This document shows, in pieces, positions 47,520-64,000 of a stretch of DNA of 64,000 nt. The notes beneath the pieces are model-generated. The model was not told the origin of the DNA. It saw only the letters and a list, made by a program, of their open reading frames with translations, and ran no database searches. Position numbers and translations under genes: made by a program. Origin of the DNA: Macrostomum lignano (lineage: Eukaryota); NCBI GenBank assembly GCA_002269645.1, contig NIVC01003444.1:33261-97260 (forward strand). The letters are read 5' to 3'. Position 1 is the stretch's first letter. Every line of letters begins with the position of its first letter.

Positions 47520-47890
47520 TCTGCCTGGGAGCGGATCTCGTGATCAGGCAAGGCAGGCAGTCAGTAAAAACGTAGAGAGACCGAGGGGGTCGTGTTTGCC
47601 GTCATTATATTTCTGGGCTCTGGGGCCCGAACCGTATAGGCGTGCTGTGGCACGAACAAGAACGTACAGGGGATGCGCAGCATGAAGCAATGGGGAGCGT
47701 GCAGTAGGGGTGACTCGGGTGAGTCAGTGAGGGGAACAATCGGTGCTGCTTAGTCAGTGGGAGAACGCATACTGGCCCTGCTGCGGAGGGTCCGCAGCCC
47801 AGGCCAGGACAGTACAGTCCTGTCTTTGTTCACGGCAAAGACAAAGCAAACAACTGTGGCGATTCACCTGCCGACGTGAATGTTTTATTT
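47520..47890. ncRNA. Candidate structured non-coding RNA or structured element of unknown family
   Basis: GC-rich unique island in AT-rich flanks with about nine perfect stems and a terminal hairpin followed by a T-run. No motif match that I can recognise to RNase P/MRP, SRP, U snRNAs or a TTAGGG telomerase template. Confidence 0.35.
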
Positions 47891-48467
47891 TAATCAAACG
47901 AGCATTTCTCGAAAAAAAACTCAACAAATATGACTCAAAACGTAAGCAAGACGTGTAGTGGGTTGCTATATATCTATAGCATCCATATAAGTGCGATCTA
48001 CGATTTAAGAGCACTCGACAAAAATTTGTATTTATGTAAATTTTAGATATACATGTACATGCGAGTAACTGAAACGCTAAAAATTACATGTAGGAACTAA
48101 GTTACATATAAATGTATATGTACATATAATGTTTGGAACGCCTTTGGTGTACTACAGCATGCATAAATGTGCAAAACATGTAAAATTATTGTATATAAAC
48201 TGCTGCTCATCTGCCTATGTGACTCATACTAGATTAATTTTCTCCGTTTTTACGAACGCGCTGTCCGCATATATCATACACATGCACTTGTAGCTATGAT
48301 AAATTGAATATACGAGTAACACTTGTCGAAAAAGTATTATCGAAGCATTAATTTTCATGCAAACGTACGATAAGATTTAGTACAAATACATGTACATGTA
48401 ATAAACTTCAGTTCTATATTCACCGGAAAACAACAAAACAGCTGATCGATAATATGGCCTATCAAAA

Positions 48468-55666
<7,199 letters not shown>

Positions 55667-56259
55667 GGCTGCCGCGGGACTTGCTGACGATCCAGTCGAT
55701 CCAAGTGGGAGACCGACTTCACAGGCTTAAAACTTGTTGGGCAGAGAGGAGGCAGACCCAGACCGATCCCCATTGGTCAGTTGGACATGGATTGGATAGG
55801 TCGCTAATTTAAAAAGGATGTGCAACCGACAGCTCAGCCGCAGCTATTGTTTCAGTGGGTCCGGGAATCGAACCTCCGACCCTCAAGTCGTGAATCCCAT
55901 GCTCTAACCACGAGGCTACAACCCCCTCCCTTAACTTCCAATTATAAGTTACGAAATGCAGTCTAATTTCATGTAGGTAGCAAAATACTTTATTCAGTTC
56001 TGAAGGCTTCAAGAGAAATAATAGTTTATTTCTGCTGTATAATCTATCATTGCCTATACAGAGAGTTTTGTAAGCCTTCTCATCAGAACACATGCATATT
56101 TAATAAGACGGAGAAATATAGCCGTCCATTTAGCATTGGAGTGAAACTTGCGCGCATAGCCACGACTATAGCTAGACAGAAGCTGTGGAAAACTTTTTCG
56201 AAGCGCTAATCGATCGGGCATTTATAAATTTCTAGGTGATGCGAGGATAGAGAGGGGAA

Positions 56260-57403
56260 CGGGGAGGGATAGGGAGAGGGAAGAGGAAAGGGAGGAGAGA
56301 GGGAGAGAAGAAGAGAGTGTGGGAGGGAGAGAGGGAGAGAGGGAGAGAGGGAGGGAGAGAGGGAGAGAGGGAGGGAGATAGGGAGGGAGAAAGAGAGATG
56401 GGGAGAGAGGGAGAGAGGGAGGGAGATGGGGAGAGAGGGAGAGATGGGGAGAGAGGGAGAGAGGGAGGGAGATGGGGAGAGAGGGAGGGAGATAGGGAGG
56501 GAGAGGGAGAGAGGGAGGGAGAGGGAGAGATGGGGAGAGAGGGAGAGAGGGAGGGAGAGGGAGAGATGGGGAGAGAGGGAGAGAGGGGGAGAGAGGGAGA
56601 GAGGGGGAGATGGGGAGAGAGGGGGAGATGGGGAGAGAGGGGGAGATGGGGAGAGAGGGGGAGATGGGGAGAGAGGGAGAGATGGGGAGAGAGGGGGAGA
56701 GAGGGAGAGAGGGAGAGAGGGAGAGAGGGAGAGAGGGAGGGAGAGAGGGAGGGAGAGGGAGAGATGGGGAGAGAGGGATATAGGGAGGGAGATAGGGAGG
56801 GAGAGATGGGGAGAGAGGGAGAGAGGGGGAGAGAGGGAGAGAGGGGGAGATGGGGAGAGAGGGGGAGAGAGGGAGAGAGGGAGAGAGAAGGAGAGAGGGG
56901 AGAGAGGGGGAGAGAGGGAGAGATGGGGAGAGAGGGGGAGATGGGGAGAGAGGGAGAGATGGGGAGACAGGGGGAGAGAGGGAGAGAGGGGGAGAGAGGG
57001 GGAGAGAGGGGGAGAGAGGGAGAGATGGGGAGAGAGGGGGAGATGGGGAGAGAGGGGAGATGGGGAGAGAGGGGGAGATGGGGAGAGAGGGGGAGATGGG
57101 GAGAGAGGGGGAGATGGGGAGAGAGGGGGAGATGGGGAGAGAGGGGGAGATGGGGAGAGAGGGGGAGATGGGGAGAGAGGGAGAGATGGGGAGAGAGGGG
57201 GAGATGGGGAGAGAGGGGGAGATGGGGAGAGAGGGGGAGATGGGGAGAGAGGGGGAGATGGGGAGAGAGGGGGAGTTGGGGAGAGAAGGGGAGATGGGGA
57301 GAGAGGGAGACAGGGAGGGAGAAAGGGAAAGAGTGGGGGAGATGGGGAGAGAGGGAGACAGGGAGGGAGAGAGGGAAAGAGGGGGGGAGGAAGAGAGAGA
57401 GAC

Positions 57404-57449
<46 letters not shown>

Positions 57450-57480
57450 GGAGAGGGAGAGGGGAGAGGGGGAGAAGGAG
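56260..57480. repeat. ~1.2 kb GA-rich polypurine repeat
   Basis: Direct reading. Confidence 0.93.
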
Positions 57481-57681
57481 ACTTGGAGAAGTGTGGGTTG
57501 CACACTTGAAAGCATAACAGCCAAATCAAATATATATTCGTAGTGAAAACAGCAAATCTCTCGATAGCAGCTCGAAAGCAAAAAATATGAAAAAGTTTAA
57601 AGTATATTCAAGAGGCCCCGTACAAAGTACAATCGCAAGTCATAGTAAAATCAGATACTTAAGTCAGTGAGTTCCACTGAC

Positions 57682-58634
57682 TCAAAGTCCGCAATTATCA
57701 ATAAATTTTATTTTGGCAAGACTTGACAATCTGCTCAACTTATCTGCGGCGAAATCCGATAGAAGGAGCCGCTCATCATCGACCTCTGACGGTAACCGAT
57801 CATTGTTGGGGCTCTTGGTCGATGAGCTCACTGAAGACTCTGAGCCTCTGCTAAGTTCTGAGTTTGGCAGGACATTCTGTCAGATTTTATGAAGCCGATA
57901 AAGAGATTTTGGGGTGGGGGTTAAATTGATTGCTCCTTAGATGAAACCCCTGTCTCATCTAAGTTCTAGCTCTACTCTCACCCGTCTCCCTCTACTCTCA
58001 CCCGTCTGCCTCTAGTCTCACCCGTCTGCCTCTAGTCTCACCCGTCTCCCTCTACTCTCACCCGTCTCCCTCTACTCTCACCCGTCTCCCTCTACTCTCA
58101 CCCGTCTCCCTCTACTCTCACCCGTCTCCCTCTAGTCTCACCCGTCTCCCTCTACTCTCACCCGTTTCCCTCTACTCTCACCCGTCTCCCTCTACTCTCA
58201 CCCATCTACCTCTACTCTCACCAATCTCCCTCTACTTTCACCCGTCTCCTCTACTCTCACCCGTCTCCCTCTACTCTCACCAATCTCCCTCTACTCTCAC
58301 CAATCTCCCTCTACTCTCACCCATCTCCTCTACTCTCACCCGTCTCCCTCTACTCTCACCCGTCTCCTACTCTCACCTGTGCCCCTCTACTCTCTCACCC
58401 ATCTCCCTCTACTCTCACAGTCTCCTACTCTACTATTAAATATTGCTCAGTTGAAAAACAATGCATAATACAAGCTGCTCACCATACAGACACTCGCTTT
58501 CCGAATCCTTTGTCCGTTAGAAGGCTTGCATTCGCAATTGAGCCTCTTGTTGTTATTGGCTTGAGTTTGATCAAATAAACTTGGCATTTTGCCAGCCTCT
58601 TGACAGCTGGCGGGGTCCACCATCACCGCTTTAT
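57682..58634 (-). CDS. Hypothetical protein, two terminal exons
   Basis: Exon 58634-58483 (KAVMVDPASCQEAGKMPSLF...KASVCM, gtgag donor) joins in phase to 57876-57682 (NVLPNSELS...DNCGL stop). No family recognised. Confidence 0.45.
57975..58430. repeat. 20-bp minisatellite (cccgtctccctctactctca)n
   Basis: Direct reading. Confidence 0.92.
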
Positions 58635-58729
58635 CTATAGTTATTAGCTATTTAGTTTGCAGTTGCTAAGTAGTCCTTCTTCGCAGGGCTTAGCAATAAT
58701 TAAGCTTTGCCATAGACAAACATTTTGAA

Positions 58730-59500
58730 TTGCCACCTCAATCTACCCACAGGTGTGTTAACCTACCCACAGGTGTCTTAATCTACCCTCAGGTGTCTCA
58801 ATCTACCCACAGGCGTCTCAATCTACCCACAGGTGTCTCAACCTACCCACAGGTGTCTCAATCTATCCACAGGTGTCTCAATCTACCCACAGGTGTCTCA
58901 ATCTACCCACAGGTGTCTCAATCTACCCACAGGTGTCTCAATCTATCCACAGGTGTCTCAATCTACCCACAGGTGTCTCAATCTACCCACAGGTGTCTCA
59001 ACCTACCCACAGGTGTCTCAATCTACCCACAGGTGTCTCAATCTACCCACAGGTGTGTTAATCTACCCAAAGGTGTCTTAATCTAACCTCAGGTGTCTTA
59101 ATCTAAGCTCAGGTGTCTCAATCTACCCACAGGTGTGTTAATCTACCCACAGGTGTCTTAATCTAAGCTCAGGTGTCTTAATCTAACCTCAGGTGTCTCA
59201 ATCTACCCACAGGTGTCTCAATCTACCCACAGGTGTCTCAATCTACCCACAGGTGTCTCAATCACAGGTGTCTCAATCTACCCAGGTGTCTCAATCTACC
59301 CACAGGTGTCTCAATCTACCCACAGGTGTCTCAACCTACCCACAGGTGTCTCAATCTACCCACAGGTGTCCAATCTACCCAGGTGTCAGGTGTCCCATCT
59401 ACCTCAGGTGTTCAATCTGTCAATGTCTAACAATCTCAGGTGTCTTAATCTAATGTGAATCTAAGGTGGACTCAGGTGTCTCTACCCCCAGGTGTCCCAT
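58730..59500. repeat. 20-bp minisatellite (caggtgtctcaatctaccca)n
   Basis: Direct reading; decays toward the mariner remnant. Confidence 0.93.
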
Positions 59501-59506
59501 CTACCA

Positions 59507-60881
59507 ACGAGGTGTCGTCTAAGGTGCAAGAGCTCCTAGGATGATGATCCGAGCTTGCGAAAGTCTAGAAATTGGTGTGTCATAAAGCGTCCACACCTTC
59601 TGACGGAGCGTCCACCGCAGAAAGTGCAAGTGGGTGCCACACCTGCTGACAGGTGAGCAAAAGTGCACTCTGGCTTCAAAGCCTTGTATCAGAAGGGGAG
59701 GATTTCTACAAGATGTAGCTAAAGACGTGGGTTTAAGCTCTGAGACAAACCCAGCTGCCAATGGCTTCCAGCACATTCTCCAAGACCTCAGAAGGCCATC
59801 AGAAGCAGGGCTGCGATGAAATCATGCACGTCATGTTTTTTGATTCCAAGGAAGCAACTGGCAGTCCCACAAGACACCGTTCAATGGTACTACAGGTGTT
59901 CTGCAGGAGAAGCTGCGCCCACAATACGAAAGAAGGCCCTGACTGCAACCAACGGACTGTCGTGAAGAAAGTGCAAGCTCCTGGATGATGATCGCGACGG
60001 ACTTGCGAACTTGAGCAGAAGACGTGGTGTGTCAGTAGGAAGCGTCCAACCATTCTGACGGAGCGTCTTCACCTGCAGAAAAAGTTTTGCAAGTGGGTGC
60101 CACACCTGCTGACAGGTGAGCAAAAGATGCAGCGAACTGTGGCTTCAAGACAGCGTCGGTTCCATCGAGAAGGGGAGGATTTTCTATCAAGAATGTTAGC
60201 TGGAGACGAGACGTGGGTTTACAGCTGGGATCCTGAGACAAAGGCCCAGTCTGCCGAATGGCTTCCAGCACATTCTCCAAGACCTCAGAAGGCCATCAGG
60301 AAGCAGGGCGCGATGAAGATCATGCACGTCATGTTTTTTGATTCCCAAGGAATCCTGCTGAACTGGGCAGTCCCACAAGGAACCACCGTCAATGGGGACT
60401 ACTACAGGTGGATTCTGCAGGAGAAGCTGCGCCCAGCAATACGAAAGAAGCGCCCTGATCTGCTGGAATCTGGCGTGATCCTGCTGCACGACAATGCGCC
60501 AGCACATCGCAAGCACAACGTCGTGGAACTCCTGAGCAAATGGGGATGGGAAGTGCTCCAACATCCAGCCTTTCGCCTGATTTGTCGCCGTGCGACTTCT
60601 TCTTATTTCCATCTGTGAAGAAGCACCTTCGGCGGCATTCGATTCGACAGCGTCGAGCACATCGAGGCTGCATGCAATCAAGCTGTTCGCCAAACGGACG
60701 CGAGTGGTGTGAGTTCCGGAATCAGAGGCCTGGTAAATCGCTGGCAGAAGTGCAAAGACATTGGCGGTGAATATGTTGAGTGACCGAATCATGTTAAGCA
60801 ATCTAACAGTGTTTCATAGTTCCAGTTGTTTTGTGTTCAGTTTTGTAGGCACCGAAAAGAACTTTTTGAATACACCTCGTA
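59507..60881 (+). mobile_element. Decayed mariner (Tc1/mariner, DD34D) transposon with an internal partial duplication
   Basis: GDETW (D1) and HDNAPAH (D2) in ORF 60097-60618, then a frameshift to SPDLSPCDFFLFP (D3); 34 residues between D2 and D3 once corrected. Right end ...tttttgaatacacctcg+TA at 60880-60881; only acgaggtgt remains at the left (59507). Confidence 0.9.
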
Positions 60882-61454
60882 ACATCAATTTTAGCTGGAG
60901 CGCACATGCAATCTGCAGTCACAGTTTGGTTCTATGCAGTCCAGTTGTACTATTGCACTGTGATCGATATGGGAGTGCTGGCATGTCTTGCGCTGCTACC
61001 ACTACCACAGTCCACAGCTAAATGTCAATCCATAGAATTTATGGGACGAAAAATATTGCAGTGTTGCGAAGCTGTACAACTATCGTACAGAGAGAAACAT
61101 ACATTAGCAGAAACTTTTTGCATTTGTTCTTCAACAAGTGTTCCTCTATAGATTATTGTGAATTTTTCAACTGGCTGACATTCTACATGATAATAATTGT
61201 GGGCATTTGGTAAATTAGATTTGCATATAGAGATACATTATAAAGTCGTTATAATGTACATTATTATATATTATTAGTCTACCTAAAGTAGATATACGTG
61301 TGTATAGAAGTAGAGTTTTATCGCAAAATCGTCCATTTTTAAACAATTAAAACAAAGTGAGAGAAATTTGAATTTAAAGCAAACAAATTAAGTTATAACA
61401 AAAAATATATTCTATTCTATTACATTATATTATAATATATCATATTATATTCAT

Positions 61455-61710
61455 GCTATTTATTCTATTTATTCTATTCTATTCTATTTATTCTATTCTA
61501 TTCTATTCTATTCTATTCTATTCTATTCTATTCTATTCTATTCTATTCTATTCTATTCTATTCTATTCTATTTCTATTCTATTCTATTCTTTCTATTCTA
61601 TTCTATTCTATTCTATTCTATTCTATTCTATTCTATTCTATTTATTTTATTTTATTCTATCTCATTCTATTCTATTCTATTCTATTCTATTCTATTCTAT
61701 TCTATTCTAT
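61455..61710. repeat. (TTCTA)n pentanucleotide microsatellite
   Basis: Direct reading. Confidence 0.95.
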
Positions 61711-61733
61711 TCTGTCTCTTGCCCAGCGTCTCA

Positions 61734-63551
61734 TCACGGCATCGCTCTTCTCGGCTGCATCAACAGCTGCTGAGCACCTCTGGGAGCCTTCCGCATTGCC
61801 ATGCAACGCTTGACATCAATCAGCAGTGAGTTCTCTTTCACCCGGATGTCGGATTCGAGTTTATCTCGGTTGCTATGCAGCTTGATGAGAGCCGACTCAA
61901 CCGATTTGAGTCGATGGGCCAAGCTGGAGAGCGACTCGCGCAGGTCGGCTACTTCGCGTTGTAGGCTGGCGGAGTGAATATGGGGAGAATTCTAAGGGGA
62001 TTTGACTTTGGGGAGAGAGGGGAGAGTAGACTGACGAGCTCAGAGTGACAAGCTCAGAGTGACGAGCTCAGAGTGACGAGCTCAGAGTGACAAGCTCAGA
62101 GTGACAAGCTCAGAGTGACGAGCTCAGAGTGACAAGCTCAGAGTGACAAGCTCAAAGTGACAAGCTCAGAGTGACAAGCTCAGAGTGACAAGCTCAAAGT
62201 GACAAGCTCAGAGTGACAAGCTCAGAGTGACGAGCTCAGAGTGACGAGATCAGAGTGACGAGATCAGAGTGACGAGATCAGAGTGACGAGATCATAGTGA
62301 CGAGATCAGAGTGACGAGCTCAGAGTGACGAGCTCAGAGTGACAAGCTCAGAGTGACGAGATCAGAGTGACGAGCTCAGAGTGACGAGCTCAGAGTGACG
62401 AGCTCAGAGTGACGAGCTCAGAGTGACGAGATCAGAGTGACGAGCTCAGAGTGACGAGCTCAGAGTGACGAGATCAGAGTGACGAGATCAGAGTGACGAG
62501 ATCAGAGTGACGAGATCATAGTGACGATCTCAGAGTGACGAGCTCAGAGTGACGATCTCAGAGTGATGATCTTAGAGTGACGAGCTCAGAGTGACGAGCT
62601 CAGAGTGACGAGCTCAGAGTGACGATCTCAGAGTGACGAGCTCAGAGTGACGATCTCAGAGTGACGAGCTCAGAGTGATGAGCTCAGAATATAGGGTCCA
62701 AAGTGGCCGCTCACGCAATCATTGGCGTATCGTTGCAACTCTCCATATCCTGGCGTCGGGCCCGCTTTTCCAGTCGCGTCAACGCCACCTTCATCGGCGC
62801 GGCCTTGTCTTCGATGGCCCGACGAAGCTGCGCGGCTGAGCGCTCCGCATCGGCGATTTCTTGGATTGTCTAGGATTTGGAAGAGCGCGGTGCACTTTTA
62901 GCTTCCTGTCCTAGCGTACATTCAGTTTCGATCCCCTAAATGTTCATTCAGTTTTCTTTCCCCCAATGTATTCAGTTTGCCTTCCCCTGAATGTACATTC
63001 AGTTTTCCTTCCCCTACTGTACATTCAGCTTTCCTTCCCCCTATGTACATTCAGCTTTCCTTCCCTAAATGTACATTCAGTTATCCTTCCCCCAATGTAC
63101 ATTCAGTTTTCCTTCCCCTACTGTACATTCAGTTTTCCTTCCCCTACTGTACATTCAGTTTTCCTTCCCCTACTGTACATTCAGTTTTCCTTCCCCTTAT
63201 GTCATTCAGCTTTCCTTCCCTAAATGTACATTCAGTTTTCCTTCCCCCAATGTACATTCAGTTTTCCTTCCCCTACTGTACATTCAGTTTTCCTTCCCCT
63301 ATGTACATTCACGCCAAGAGTTGAGTACCCCTTGCAGCTGAGCCTGCAGCCCGTTGCGCACGTCGGTGACCTCCCTGATTCGAGCGGCAAACGCGGCGTT
63401 GACAGCAATAAATTGGCTCCACATCTCGTTGGCGCAGGCCCGCAGCAGGTCAGCAATGCCCCTACATTGACGCTCGGAAGCCGCCCGACAGGCCTGCGAC
63501 TTGCCGATGTTCTCCTGCGAGTGCCGAGCCCAGGAGTGCGGGATGCTCACG
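61734..63551 (-). CDS. TEKT3: Tektin-3-like axonemal filament protein, last three exons (5' part beyond window end)
   Basis: In-phase exons 63551-63329 (WARHSQENI...ANEMWSQFIAVNAAFAARIREV), 62869-62715 (TIQEIADAE...APMKVALTRLEKRARRQDMESCND) and 61965-61734 (LESDIRVKENSLLIDVKRCMAMR). NEMWxQF and KxNSLxID..CM.MR are tektin-3-type motifs. Confidence 0.9.
62030..62690. repeat. 14-bp minisatellite (gagctcagagtgac)n
   Basis: Direct reading. Confidence 0.95.
62930..63310. repeat. 26-bp minisatellite (tgtacattcagttttccttcccctac)n
   Basis: Direct reading. Confidence 0.93.
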
Positions 63552-63599
63552 CTGCGGACGGGACAGGGGAGTTCGAGTAGCTTTTTTTCTCATCGAAAT

Positions 63600-63955
63600 T
63601 CACTCCACCTTCCTGTTTGATTGGGTGAGATTCACTCCACCTGTCTGTCTCATTGGGTGAGATTCACTCCACATGCCTGTCTCATTGGGTGAGATTCACT
63701 CCAACTGTGTGTCTCATAGGGTTCGATTCACTCCACCTGTGTGTCTCATTGGATGAGATTCACTCCACATGCCTGTCTCATTGGGTGAGATTCACTCCAA
63801 CTGTGTGTCTCATAGGTTCGATTCACTCCACCTGTGTGTCTCATAGGGTTCGATTCACTCAACCTGTGTGTCTCATCGGGTGAGATTCACTCCACCTGTG
63901 TGTCTCATCGGGTGAGATTCACTCTACCTATCTGTCCCATTGGGTGAGATTCACC
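63600..63955. repeat. 32-bp minisatellite (gggtgagattcactccacctgtgtgtctcatt)n
   Basis: gattcactcc at 63661 and 63693. Confidence 0.92.
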
Positions 63956-64000
63956 AAATCTCATCAAAAGTTTTAATTACCAACGCTCAGCACTTTCTGC

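Noticed and set aside
47095-47551. Two hydrophobic minus-strand ORFs resembling GPCR TM1/TM2
   Set aside because: I could not join them in phase through any AG acceptor and found no family motif; they may be UTR or promoter sequence of the DHHC gene.
47520-47890. Assignment of the structured island to telomerase RNA, RNase P/MRP, U3 or SRP
   Set aside because: No CUAACCC template, no GAAAGUCCCC/GGGGCUCA or GGAAGNUCNG P4 boxes, no Sm site and no SRP helix-8 motif found by eye. A partial GAGCGTGCAG box-B-like match and a GAUC pair are insufficient.

Overview
Eukaryotic (invertebrate animal) genomic DNA with spliced GT-AG genes whose introns are mostly filled by tandem repeats. The style recalls the flatworm Macrostomum lignano, but that is inference only. 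I reconstructed four recognisable genes by hand. (1) A giant secreted VWD/C8/TIL/LDLa mucin-like gene of the SCO-spondin/hemolectin type (minus, ATG 22297, 20 exons). Its last visible exon is a >7.7 kb array of ~1.5 kb units, each encoding two diverged discoidin-like domains and two Thr-rich spacers; it runs off the window start. (2) An ERG/KCNH2-type K+ channel (plus, 26361-38720). (3) A DHHC palmitoyltransferase of the ZDHHC2/15/20 group (minus). (4) The 3' part of a Tektin-3-like gene (minus). Also present: a DUF4806/BEN-like gene bracketed by two arrays of the same 28-bp repeat, a decayed mariner, two low-confidence orphan genes, a GC-rich multi-hairpin island that may be an ncRNA (47520-47890), and about 35 micro/minisatellites. 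Several 1-nt frameshifts look like long-read consensus errors. Most long ORFs in the supplied track are repeat artefacts.
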